From a bacterium (GTDB lineage Bacteria > Patescibacteriota > Gracilibacteria > UM-FILTER-43-11), in NCBI GenBank assembly GCA_030427295.1, contig JAUHWS010000003.1, forward strand, positions 1-55,047: DNA of 55,047 nucleotides, written 5' to 3'. Made by a program: the position numbers and the translations under genes. The notes below the pieces were generated by a model. The model was not told the DNA's origin and made no database searches. It saw only the letters and a list, made by a program, of their open reading frames with translations. This document shows, in pieces, positions 27,729-37,302 of the stretch; the first letter of the stretch is position 1; each line of letters opens with the position of its first letter.

Positions 27729-28958
27729 GTGAACGTGTTGATGTACGGGTGGGAATTTCCCCCCATTCAAAGTGGAGGATTAGGCGTCGCCTGCCAAGGG
27801 ATTGTAGAAGGGCTACTTGGGCATCAACATGAGGTTTTTTTGGTGCTTCCCAAAACGAACCCGGCCATGCAACTGCATGATCCGGAGAGATTTAGAATCC
27901 TTGCTGCTAGCGAATCAGGGGGCACGATTGAAGTGGAGGCCATCCCCACCAGTTTGTACAACCCTTACGTTACGTCAGAGTTTAGCTATCAACAATCCAT
28001 CAAAAAGACACTCAAGACCGATGAACCTGAGACAATTTATGGACTAAACATGATGGAAGAAGTCCATCGTTATGCGTCGCAAGCGGCTGTCCATGCTAAA
28101 AAGGTTCCCCACGATGTGATCCACGCTCACGATTGGCTGACGGCCGAAGCAGGCGTTCAGGCCAAGCAGATTTCTGGGAAGCCCTTGGTGATGCAAATCC
28201 ACGCCACCGAATTTGATCGGAGTGGGGAGAATCCCAATCAGGCCGTTTATGATTTAGAGCGACGGGGCATGGAACATGCCGATCGCGTGATTGCCGTGAG
28301 TGAATACACCAAAAAGATGCTCATGAAGCATTATGGTGTGGCGGATTGGAAGATTGACGTGGTGCACAATGCGGTGAGATCAAACTTTGACCCATATCAC
28401 AAAACTCATCACCTGAACAAAAGAGACAAAATTGTACTGTTCTTGGGGAGGATGACCATGCAAAAAGGCCCTGACTATTTTCTGAAGATGGCTAAAAAAG
28501 TGCTCGATCATATGAAAGATGTCAAATTCATCATGGCAGGCGACGGCGATATGATGGAGCAAGTGATCAAGTTAGCTATTGACCTGGGAATTGAACGGCA
28601 TGTGCTTTTTTCTGGATTCTTGAAGGGGGGTGAAATCGCGCGGGCTTACGCCGAAGCGGATTTGTATGTGATGCCATCTATCTCTGAGCCCTTTGGAATC
28701 ACGCCTTTGGAAGCCATCAAGCAGGGCACCCCTGTGCTGATTTCAAAACAATCTGGTGTGAGTGAAGCCATCAAAAGCGCACTGAAAGTGGACTTTTGGG
28801 ATGTGGATGAAATGGCCGAAAAAGTCATTGGTGCCCTCAAATACCCTGCTTTGAACCAAGTGCTTCGCGAGCATAGCCATCGGGAGCTGGTCAAACTCAA
28901 TTGGCATCAGCAGGCCGGGGAAATTGTTAAAAGTTATGCTCGAGCGATTAGCGTTTAG
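27729..28958 (+). CDS. GT4 glycosyltransferase (glycogen/alpha-glucan synthase-like)
   Basis: GWEFPP..SGGLG, HAHDW, HATE, QKG, EPFGITPLEA. Confidence 0.92.
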   Translation: MNVLMYGWEFPPIQSGGLGVACQGIVEGLLGHQHEVFLVLPKTNPAMQLHDPERFRILAASESGGTIEVEAIPTSLYNPYVTSEFSYQQSIKKTLKTDEPETIYGLNMMEEVHRYASQAAVHAKKVPHDVIHAHDWLTAEAGVQAKQISGKPLVMQIHATEFDRSGENPNQAVYDLERRGMEHADRVIAVSEYTKKMLMKHYGVADWKIDVVHNAVRSNFDPYHKTHHLNKRDKIVLFLGRMTMQKGPDYFLKMAKKVLDHMKDVKFIMAGDGDMMEQVIKLAIDLGIERHVLFSGFLKGGEIARAYAEADLYVMPSISEPFGITPLEAIKQGTPVLISKQSGVSEAIKSALKVDFWDVDEMAEKVIGALKYPALNQVLREHSHRELVKLNWHQQAGEIVKSYARAISV

Positions 28959-29016
28959 CGTTTAGCGCTGAGCTTCTAAATTTTTGCTACCCGCTAGTCG
29001 CTTGTCGCTTACCGCT
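28943..29016. repeat. Inverted pair of AGCGNTT heptamer arrays
   Basis: AGCGATT-AGCGTTT-AGCGTTT followed by reverse-type CGCTAGT-CGCTTGT-CGCT. Confidence 0.6.
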
Positions 29017-29045
29017 TAGAAAAAGTATCAATAATTCAAAAAAAT

Positions 29046-30377
29046 ATGAAAAAGGGAAAGAATGATTACAATAAATCCATTTGTTTCTACTTCCAAGTCC
29101 ATCAGCCATATCGACTGAGCAAGTGCAGTGCGTTTGAAATGGGTCAGAAGGACGAGTACTTCGATGGGCCGGAGGCCTATCGGAATAAGGCAATTTTTGA
29201 AAAAGTGGCCCAGAAGTGCTATTTGCCGACCAATCGATTGATGTTGGAGCTTTTGAAAAATCATCCTGAATTTAAAATCAGCTATTCGTTTTCGGGCGTC
29301 TTTTTGGAACAGTGCTTGGAATATGGGGAAATTGGAAAGGAGGTTCTCGACTCGTTCAAAGCTTTGGTCAAAACTGGGCAAGTGGAAGTGTTGAGTGAAA
29401 CGTACTATCATTCGCTCTCGTGGCTCTTTTCGAAGAAGGAGTTTGCTGAGCAAATCCTCAAGCATCAAAAACTGGTTCAAAAGATCTTTAAGAAGACGCC
29501 GACCGTGTTTCGGAATACGGAGCTCATCTACAGCAGTGAAATTGCAGAGTTCATTCGGGAAATGGGCTTCAAAGGCATTCTGGCCGAAGGCTGGGATTAT
29601 TATTTGGACTGGAAGAGTCCCAATTTTTTGTATCATCCGGAAAGAGTGACCTTGCATCCTGAAGATCAGAAGATTGCTAAGCAATATGGAATTCGCAAGC
29701 ATCCGTTCAAAAATATCAAGCTTTTGCTGAAGAATTATAAGCTCTCGGATGACATCGCGTTTCGATTTAGCAACAAAGGGTGGACCGAGTGGCCGCTGAC
29801 CACCGACAAGTATGCGGCCTGGGTGGATGCAGCCGAAGGCGACACCCTCAATTTGTTCATGGATTATGAAACCTTTGGAGAACATCAGTGGGAAGACACG
29901 GGGATTTTTGAGTTCATGCGACATCTACCTGAAGCCCTTTTGAAGCGAAATATTGGATTCAAAACCCCGTCAGAAACCATCCAATCGTATGAGGCGGTGG
30001 GAGAGATACACGTTCCCCATTTGATGAGTTGGGCGGACATGGAACGGGATTTATCGGCCTGGTGCAGCAATCAAATGCAGGAATCAGCTTTGCAACGCGT
30101 GTTTGAACTCGAACAAGAGGTGGAACAACTCCTCCCTCAAATGCACACAAAAGAGAGTGAGCGGTTGCAGCACGATTGGCGCAAATTACAGACCTCGGAT
30201 CATTTTTATTACATGTGCACCAAATATTGGAGTGATGGAGATGTGCATGCCTACTTTTCGTGCTATGAATCGCCGTATGAAGCCTACATCACTTACATGA
30301 ACACCCTGACGGATTTTGAAATGAAATTACAGCGATTAGCGACTAGCGAAGAGCGGCTAACAAAACAGTTGATCTAA
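29046..30377 (+). CDS. GH57 glycoside hydrolase (alpha-amylase-like)
   Basis: FQVHQP, ETYYHSL, FRNTEL, SDDIAFRF, MDYETFGEHQ. Confidence 0.93.
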   Translation: MKKGKNDYNKSICFYFQVHQPYRLSKCSAFEMGQKDEYFDGPEAYRNKAIFEKVAQKCYLPTNRLMLELLKNHPEFKISYSFSGVFLEQCLEYGEIGKEVLDSFKALVKTGQVEVLSETYYHSLSWLFSKKEFAEQILKHQKLVQKIFKKTPTVFRNTELIYSSEIAEFIREMGFKGILAEGWDYYLDWKSPNFLYHPERVTLHPEDQKIAKQYGIRKHPFKNIKLLLKNYKLSDDIAFRFSNKGWTEWPLTTDKYAAWVDAAEGDTLNLFMDYETFGEHQWEDTGIFEFMRHLPEALLKRNIGFKTPSETIQSYEAVGEIHVPHLMSWADMERDLSAWCSNQMQESALQRVFELEQEVEQLLPQMHTKESERLQHDWRKLQTSDHFYYMCTKYWSDGDVHAYFSCYESPYEAYITYMNTLTDFEMKLQRLATSEERLTKQLI

Positions 30378-30420
30378 ATTGTAAAGACCCAAGATTTTGC
30401 GTCTCTAACCCCAATTCTAT

Positions 30421-32394
30421 ATGCCCAGAGCCATTGTGACCGGAAACGGAAATCTCCTCGCTTGTATCAATCAACACAATTTGATTGAGGATTTTTACTT
30501 CCCGTATGTGGGGATGGAAAATCAGATTGCCTTTGAACACTGGCATCGCTTGGGGGTGCATGTGGACCATCGCTTTTCGTGGTTGAGCGAGCCCAGCTGG
30601 ACCCATGAGATCGATTATTTGCATGAAACCTTGGTGACCGACAGTGTGGCTAAAAATGAGGAGCTACTTTTGACCATCAAATTCAATGATTTTGTTTATC
30701 CGAGTGAGGACTTTTTGATTCGAAAACTCTCCATCAAAAATAATGCTGATTATGATCGAGAATTGAAGGTTTATTTCAATCAAGACTTTCACTTATACGG
30801 CGATAAAATGCAGGATACGGCCTTTTATGAACCCGAACACCGCGCCATGGTTCACTATCGAAAGCGCCGATACTTTTGGATCAGTGGCATGCAAGGGTCT
30901 ATTAGCGGAGTGGATTCGTTCACGACGGGAAAAAGTGAGTACAATCATCTAGAGGGGACCTGGAAGGATGCTGAAGATGGTCATTTGCAAGAGCATCCCA
31001 TTGAACAAGGGTCGGTGGATTCGACGGTGGAGTTTCGGATGAATCTGAAGGCCAATCAAGAAAAACAATTGTATGTGTGGATTTGTGCGGGTAAAAACTT
31101 GTCGGAGGTGAAGCATTTGCATGACTACATTTTGAGTGAAAAGCCGGAAAAGTTGATGAACAATACCATTAATTATTGGATCAGTTGGGTGAATAAAGAA
31201 GCTCAACGGGAATTCTTGGTAGAACCCGAGCTCATGAAGCATTACAAACAAAGCCTTTTGATCATCCGGACTCAGATTGACAATCGAGGCGCCATCATCG
31301 CGGCAAATGACTCGGATATTATGAAATTTAATAAGGACACCTACTCGTACATGTGGCCTCGTGATGGGGCCTGGGTGAGCTTGGCCTTGGACCGAGCGGG
31401 TTACGGTGAAATCACCAAGCGTTTTTTTGCCTTCTGCGCCGATAGCATGACCGAGGATGGTTATCTCCTCCACAAATACAATCCGGATGAGTCGGTGGGT
31501 TCCTCATGGCATTCGTGGTATAAGGATGGTGAAATGCAACTGCCAATTCAGGAAGATGAAACCGCCATTGTGACTTACGCCTTGTGGAATCACTGGCTGT
31601 ATTATAAGGATATTGAGTTCATTCAAGACATGTATGAACCACTCATTCGAGCGGCTGGGAATTTTATGATGCATTTTATCGATGAGGAAACGGGCCTTCC
31701 CTTACCCACGTATGATTTGTGGGAACAGGAGCGTGGGGTTTTTACTTACACCACCGCTTGCGTGTACGCCGGCTTGGAAGCGGCTTATCGGCTTTCGGCA
31801 ATACTGGGCCACTTCAATCATTCGCATCGGTACAAGGAAGCGGCAGAGCGCATCAAGCAAGCCATGCTCACGCATCTTTATGATGCGGAGGAAGATCGTT
31901 TTTTGAAACGTATCGAAATCGACCCACACACCCGCGCGGTGACCAAGGATTATGGGCTGGATGCCAGTATGCATGCCGTGTGGATGATGGGCGTGTTGCC
32001 TGCGGAGGATGACATGGTGGTCAAAACAAATCGCGCCTTATTTGAGAAATTAAGTGTGAAGGAAGGGCCGATTGGAGGTTTGACTCGGAATGAACATGAT
32101 CATTATCAGCGCGTCCATGGGCACTATGGGGATGTTCAAGGAAACCCTTGGATCATCACGACCTTGTGGCACGCACAGTGGCTGATGGCCATTGCTAAAA
32201 ATAGAGAGGACTTGAAGGAGGCAGAAAAATACTTACATTGGGCGATTGAACGAGCCAACTCGGCCGGTATCATGCCTGAACAGGTGAATCCGTTTAACGG
32301 CGATCCCCTTTCGGTAGCCCCGCTGACTTGGAGTCACGCGACCTTTGTGGATTCGGTGTTGAAGTATGATGAGAGGATGAAGGAATTGTCTTAA
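30421..32394 (+). CDS. GH15 glucoamylase-like hydrolase
   Basis: YMWPRDG, QEDET, DLWEQ, MPEQV, PLTWSHA. Confidence 0.92.
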   Translation: MPRAIVTGNGNLLACINQHNLIEDFYFPYVGMENQIAFEHWHRLGVHVDHRFSWLSEPSWTHEIDYLHETLVTDSVAKNEELLLTIKFNDFVYPSEDFLIRKLSIKNNADYDRELKVYFNQDFHLYGDKMQDTAFYEPEHRAMVHYRKRRYFWISGMQGSISGVDSFTTGKSEYNHLEGTWKDAEDGHLQEHPIEQGSVDSTVEFRMNLKANQEKQLYVWICAGKNLSEVKHLHDYILSEKPEKLMNNTINYWISWVNKEAQREFLVEPELMKHYKQSLLIIRTQIDNRGAIIAANDSDIMKFNKDTYSYMWPRDGAWVSLALDRAGYGEITKRFFAFCADSMTEDGYLLHKYNPDESVGSSWHSWYKDGEMQLPIQEDETAIVTYALWNHWLYYKDIEFIQDMYEPLIRAAGNFMMHFIDEETGLPLPTYDLWEQERGVFTYTTACVYAGLEAAYRLSAILGHFNHSHRYKEAAERIKQAMLTHLYDAEEDRFLKRIEIDPHTRAVTKDYGLDASMHAVWMMGVLPAEDDMVVKTNRALFEKLSVKEGPIGGLTRNEHDHYQRVHGHYGDVQGNPWIITTLWHAQWLMAIAKNREDLKEAEKYLHWAIERANSAGIMPEQVNPFNGDPLSVAPLTWSHATFVDSVLKYDERMKELS

Positions 32395-32405
32395 TTTTTT
32401 AGGAT

Positions 32406-32629
32406 GGGTATATACTTGAGCGTGAGGTGGGTATATACTTTTTGGGAGCTGTTAGCTATTAGCTTTTAGCTGGTAGACTAGTCGGTATTTAGGATAACCC
32501 AAATTACCTCTTATTTAAGATAAGTAGAGAGTTATCTTAACTGAATTTAACTATCAGCTACCAGCTCTGAGCTCCCAGCTTTTTTCAGAGGATAGGTATA
32601 TAGTTGGGAAGAAGGTAAGTATATACTTC
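32406..32629 (+). repeat. GTATATAC four-box element, copy 5 (type-A core)
   Basis: Boxes at 32408, 32431, 32596 and 32619. Confidence 0.9.
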
Positions 32630-32651
32630 TAAAATCTGCTACAATGTTCTC

Positions 32652-33362
32652 ATGCACCCAAAAAATGCTCACGACATTGTTGGCCAAGTGAAAGCGTCTT
32701 ACAAAGCGATTGCAGGTGAATTTGATCAGACGCGACAGCGGCCCTGGACGGAGTTTGAGGGGTTTTTGGGATATATAAAAAAAGGAGCTAGAGTGCTCGA
32801 TTTGGGCTGTGGTAATGGGAGGTTGTGTGGTTTTTTAGAACAAAAAGAAGTGGAGTATGTGGGAGTCGATCACAATGAAGCCCTGCTGAAGAAAGCTCAA
32901 GAAAACCACCCAAATGCCATATTTGAGCACGCGGATATGGTGAATTTAGAATTGGATGATGAGAGGTTTGACAACGTGTTCTGCATTGCGGCCTTTCACC
33001 ATATTCCCAGCAAGCCATTGAGGAAGAAGGCGCTTAAGGACATTCATCGTTCCCTTAAAAAAGATGGGGTGTTGATTTTGACCACCTGGAACCTGTTTCA
33101 GTGGAAGTATGTGCGGGAGTGGCTCAAAGGTATCGGCCGGAGCATCCTGACTTTGGGGCGAAAAGGGACTTGGAATGACCTGTGGATCAAGTGGGGGAAA
33201 TATCCTCTCAAGCGCTATTATCACAGTTTTTTACCGGGGGAACTGAGACGATTATTTAAAAGTGATGAGTGGACCGTGGAAGCGTTTTACTTTACAAAAA
33301 AAGGGAAAATGGTAAAATTTCTTAGTGCTTATAATATTATTGTGATCGCTCGAAAAAAATAA
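32652..33362 (+). CDS. Class I SAM-dependent methyltransferase (Trm9/ALKBH8-like)
   Basis: Y..IA.EF..TR..PW, VLDLGCGNGR, IAAFHH, RYYH. Confidence 0.88.
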   Translation: MHPKNAHDIVGQVKASYKAIAGEFDQTRQRPWTEFEGFLGYIKKGARVLDLGCGNGRLCGFLEQKEVEYVGVDHNEALLKKAQENHPNAIFEHADMVNLELDDERFDNVFCIAAFHHIPSKPLRKKALKDIHRSLKKDGVLILTTWNLFQWKYVREWLKGIGRSILTLGRKGTWNDLWIKWGKYPLKRYYHSFLPGELRRLFKSDEWTVEAFYFTKKGKMVKFLSAYNIIVIARKK

Positions 33363-33370
33363 CCTTAAAC

Positions 33371-34225
33371 ATGAGTCAAAAAGTAGACATTGCTGGCGTA
33401 AAATTTGATGCCGTCCGCTACGACGATGTGATCACGGCGGTGGAAGTGTTTGTGAGCCAAACCCACCAAAAACACATGATCGCCACGCCGAACCCCGAGA
33501 TGGTGGTGGATGCCAGTCAGCGCAACAGTTTTAAGAATTTGTTGAATTCAACCGCCATGCTCGTGCCCGATGGCATTGGAATTTTGTGGGCCTCATATTA
33601 TCTATCCCTTCCATATAAAAAAAATCGAGTGACGGAGTGGGTTCAACGTTGGAGCAGTTTACTAAAAGTTTTCTTCAAGCACTCGGATATTTACAGCATT
33701 TTGCCACAGCGGGTGACAGGTTCGGATTTGCTCTTTAAAATTGTGGACGCGTCTCAGCGCAATCATTGGCAAATCTATTTGTTGGGAGCGGCGCCAGGCA
33801 TTGCTTCGATTGCCATTGATCGATTGCTCCAGAAATATCCCGACGCGATTTTTGCAGGCAGTTTTGCGGGCACTCCTGCCGAAACCCACGAAGATGAGCT
33901 CTGTGAACGAATCAATCAAGCCCAGCCAGACATTTTGTTTGTCGCCTATGGCAGTCCGGCCCAGGAGGAGTGGATCCATCGGAACTTGGACAAGTTAGAC
34001 ACCGTGAAAGTGGCGATTGGTGTGGGGGGGGCCATCGATTTTGCTGCCGGAAAAGCAAAGCGGGCTCCGAATTGGATGCAGAAAATGGGTTTGGAATGGT
34101 TATGGCGATTGATCCGGCAACCCCGTCGTTACAAACGGATTTGGAATGCCACCTTTCGGTTCATCAAACTGATTCGGAAATACAAAAAAGTGTGTCATCA
34201 AGTAGAAAAGAAGGCCAAAGCCTAA
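33371..34225 (+). CDS. WecB/TagA/CpsF glycosyltransferase
   Basis: TPNPE, PDGIG, RVTGSDL, GSPAQE, GVGG..DF, GLEWLWRL. Confidence 0.93.
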   Translation: MSQKVDIAGVKFDAVRYDDVITAVEVFVSQTHQKHMIATPNPEMVVDASQRNSFKNLLNSTAMLVPDGIGILWASYYLSLPYKKNRVTEWVQRWSSLLKVFFKHSDIYSILPQRVTGSDLLFKIVDASQRNHWQIYLLGAAPGIASIAIDRLLQKYPDAIFAGSFAGTPAETHEDELCERINQAQPDILFVAYGSPAQEEWIHRNLDKLDTVKVAIGVGGAIDFAAGKAKRAPNWMQKMGLEWLWRLIRQPRRYKRIWNATFRFIKLIRKYKKVCHQVEKKAKA

Positions 34226-34298
34226 CTCGAGTTTCTGGCTTTTTTGATCATTTTTTGTTACAAATGGACTAATGAGCATTCTCTTAAAACCGTGATCC

Positions 34299-34895
34299 AT
34301 GCTGCAAGACTTTCCGGGCCGAAAGCCCGATGAACATGTCATCATGATCATTCGCAAACACCCAATTGTGTTCATCAGTCGTGTGTTGGTTTTTTTATTG
34401 ATATCCATTTTACCCCTGGCCATCTTTCTTTATTTTTGGTCGCGCAGTTATCCTATCGCATCCGGCACGTTGATAGGGGTGACAGGTTATTTGATCGCCT
34501 TGATGTATTTTTTGGGTACCCTGATGGCCCTTCTGATTTCGTGGCTCAACGAGGAATTCGATTTGTTTATTTTAACGGATCACCGCCTAATCGACATTAC
34601 CCAGATCAACTTTTTGAAGCGTGAAGTGGCTGCCACTCCCCTGTCTCAAATTCAGGATAGTACGGGCGATATTCAAGGTTTTTTTGGGACCCTATTGAAT
34701 TATGGAGAAATTAAAATTCGAACGGCGGCTGGCCGAGGTAGCAGCTTCATTATTGATCGCGTGCCTGACCCGGATATTTTGGCGAGAAAAATTTTGAATT
34801 ATGCTCACGAGAGCAAAGAGATGCATGGTGTGATTGAACATGAAGAAGCTGCTCCAGACAATGTGACAGCAGAAGAAGGACTTCAAAATATTTAA
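34299..34895 (+). CDS. Membrane protein with bacterial PH-like domain
   Basis: E.VI.IIRKHP, two TM helices, LTD.R.IDI, L..IQD, NYG...I.TA. Confidence 0.75.
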   Translation: MLQDFPGRKPDEHVIMIIRKHPIVFISRVLVFLLISILPLAIFLYFWSRSYPIASGTLIGVTGYLIALMYFLGTLMALLISWLNEEFDLFILTDHRLIDITQINFLKREVAATPLSQIQDSTGDIQGFFGTLLNYGEIKIRTAAGRGSSFIIDRVPDPDILARKILNYAHESKEMHGVIEHEEAAPDNVTAEEGLQNI

Positions 34896-34940
34896 AGGAT
34901 GGTCTTTCTGATTGAGAAATGGTATTTTGGCTTCCCTATT

Positions 34941-35052
34941 GTGGAGCGAACCGTGGAGCGAATGGTGGGCCGAATTGTTGGTTTTTAAACTGTGCTTCTT
35001 CCACCATTCACATCCAATTCGTAATTTGTAATTAGTAACTCGTAATTTGTAA
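34941..35052. repeat. 12-bp array plus TCGTAAT heptamer array
   Basis: GTGGAGCGAACC-like units, then TCGTAAT/TTGTAAT x5 ending just before the next ATG. Confidence 0.65.
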
Positions 35053-35058
35053 TCAGGT

Positions 35059-37029
35059 ATGGCCGAAGCAGCCCGAAAAATCGAAGGGATTGATGCGGAC
35101 GATGAAAATCCAGAGAAAATTCGGGAGCGCGAAGAGATGGATGACATTCGGGATCAGATCAGTGACGTGGCGGATCAATCGCTGCAAGAAGGAGTGATCG
35201 ATTTGGAAGCCCATCGTTTTTACAAACAGCTTTCTCGAGGCCAGGCGGTGAGTAAGGAATTGGAGAAAAAAGACAAGCTGAAAGGCATGCTGGATTTTGC
35301 CAAGGAATATGCCATCAAGTCGATCAAGATTCAACAAAAACTCGAAAAAGAAGTGCCGGCCAATGATGGAAAGTATTTGATGGAAAAGTTGGTGACAGAC
35401 AACATCGATTTTATGAAACAAGCCGATGCGGTGGATCGTTTGATTAACGAAAAAATTGACCGCATCAAACAAGATATTAAATTATTTGGTGAGTTGAGTG
35501 ATCATCCCTATACGAAGGAGTTAAGCATAACCGTCTCGGATAAAATCAAATTGGGGGATGAGAAGAGTTTTTTGGAAGCCAAGACTCCTGATCGTCGGGC
35601 TTTTTTGAAAGCAGTTCAAGAGCTTTTTTGGAAGAAGGAAGTGGAGGAGGCCATGGATGAAAAAAATGCCGAAAAACTCACGCGGATTTATGAAGCGAAA
35701 CTACGACGACGATTGTGTAATTCTCAAGGAAAAAATGGTTCGATGGGTCAGAAGACCTTTAATGCCTTTCTGGAGGGTTTCAAGCAAATGGCGGAAGAGA
35801 AGAATTTTGTGGGGATGGAATACTGGCACAAGGATTTTGAGAACCAGATGAAAGATCGGGATGCATTTTTTGATGAAATGCGCCACACCGTCAGAGAAGA
35901 TGGCTTGCGCGAGTTGGAAGGGAGCGTTCATTTTATTGGCTTTACGGAGTTAAAAGAGCGCTACAAAGCCATGCTCAAGCCTGACTCAAAAGAATCCAAG
36001 CGGCTGGAGAATCAGTATGGGGGAAAATTGGAAGAATACCGCAACGTCTGCGCTAGTGACCACAGTATCAAAGCCTTTAAGGAATGGTTCGCCGCCTTGC
36101 CGCTGAAAGGCAGATACACCGCTCGAGATCGGATTGATACTTATGAAGGCATGGGAAGGCTCATGGAACAGTGGGAGCGGATCAAAAAACTACCACCCGA
36201 ACAGCAGTTGTTTATGGAGCAGAAGCGAGATGATCCCAATGCGAATTGGGGCTACACTGAATTCCAAAAACAACTGGAGGAATTTGAAAGGCAGGGGGTG
36301 GGGGTGAATCTTGAGTCAGCGGAAGCCGAGGAAGCCCTGGCTGGCTTGAATGATTCGGAAAAACGGGCCGTTTTGAGTGCTCGAAAAGTGTTGATGAAAC
36401 TGGGCCAAACCAATGTAGATCAGATGGCACAGGTGATTCACTTTATGACCGATGGTTTATCTCAAGCTCAAATCGACCAGATGGATCATGATCAAGAGGT
36501 GGCGGCCGAAATTGAACGGCTTGAAGCCGAGCAGGAGTCTCTGATTGAGCCATCGGCCAATCAAGCAGATTATCGGCTGCGAGAGGTGCCCACTCCGGTT
36601 CAAAATGAGTTAGAGGAGATGGCTCAAGAGGAAGATGCGGAGGTTGATCCAGCCCTTGAAATTGATGAAAGGACGGATAACAACCATCCTGAAGCGGAGC
36701 AGGAAAAACTGAAGCGACTGGAACGGTCAGAAGAATTGAAGGTGAGCAAAGTGAGCGCCTTTAAGAAGGTTCAAAACCGACAAGGCGAACGGAACATGGA
36801 AGTGATGGTGAATGATATGGAGAGCGCCCGCAGTTTTGCTATGGAGGATAATCGCAAGGCGGTCCGCTCAGAAGCGCGAGGGGGGAAAGATAAGGTGTCG
36901 TTTACCTTTGACATGGGGAGCGGCAAACGCAAGTTCAATGCCAAAAGTTTGAATGCCTTAGAGAAACTCCTACGGGCCAAACGCTCCGCGAATGATTCGA
37001 ATTATGGAAATGTGGACAAGGCGTCTTAG
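35059..37029 (+). CDS. Hypothetical charged helical protein
   Basis: 656-aa E/K-rich ORF; no motif recognised. Confidence 0.8.
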   Translation: MAEAARKIEGIDADDENPEKIREREEMDDIRDQISDVADQSLQEGVIDLEAHRFYKQLSRGQAVSKELEKKDKLKGMLDFAKEYAIKSIKIQQKLEKEVPANDGKYLMEKLVTDNIDFMKQADAVDRLINEKIDRIKQDIKLFGELSDHPYTKELSITVSDKIKLGDEKSFLEAKTPDRRAFLKAVQELFWKKEVEEAMDEKNAEKLTRIYEAKLRRRLCNSQGKNGSMGQKTFNAFLEGFKQMAEEKNFVGMEYWHKDFENQMKDRDAFFDEMRHTVREDGLRELEGSVHFIGFTELKERYKAMLKPDSKESKRLENQYGGKLEEYRNVCASDHSIKAFKEWFAALPLKGRYTARDRIDTYEGMGRLMEQWERIKKLPPEQQLFMEQKRDDPNANWGYTEFQKQLEEFERQGVGVNLESAEAEEALAGLNDSEKRAVLSARKVLMKLGQTNVDQMAQVIHFMTDGLSQAQIDQMDHDQEVAAEIERLEAEQESLIEPSANQADYRLREVPTPVQNELEEMAQEEDAEVDPALEIDERTDNNHPEAEQEKLKRLERSEELKVSKVSAFKKVQNRQGERNMEVMVNDMESARSFAMEDNRKAVRSEARGGKDKVSFTFDMGSGKRKFNAKSLNALEKLLRAKRSANDSNYGNVDKAS

Positions 37030-37033
37030 GGTG

Positions 37034-37280
37034 GAGGTATATACTCACCCTCTGCCCAACTATATACCTATCCTCTTCAGAATGCTGGGGTTCATCTCAG
37101 TACCTTTTTCAACAAGCGATTAGCGAATAGCGAGTAGCGATTAGCTGAAATAGATCTTAGAATAGAGCTAGACGCTATACACTGATCGCTACACGCTCAA
37201 AAAATCAACTCGTAATTAGTCACTCGTAATTCGTAATTAAGAATAAAGTATATACCCACCTCAACCCAAAGTATATACAC
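37034..37280 (-). repeat. GTATATAC four-box element, copy 6 (type-C core)
   Basis: Boxes at 37037, 37060, 37248 and 37271; fills the gap between convergent genes. Confidence 0.9.
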
Positions 37281-37302
37281 AAGTATGCAGCGGAAGTGAG
37301 AA

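Noticed and set aside
29028-29924. Long antisense ORFs (also 10992-11621, 12549-13079, 30949-31473, 40027-40539)
   Set aside because: Shadow frames opposite well-supported genes, with no motifs
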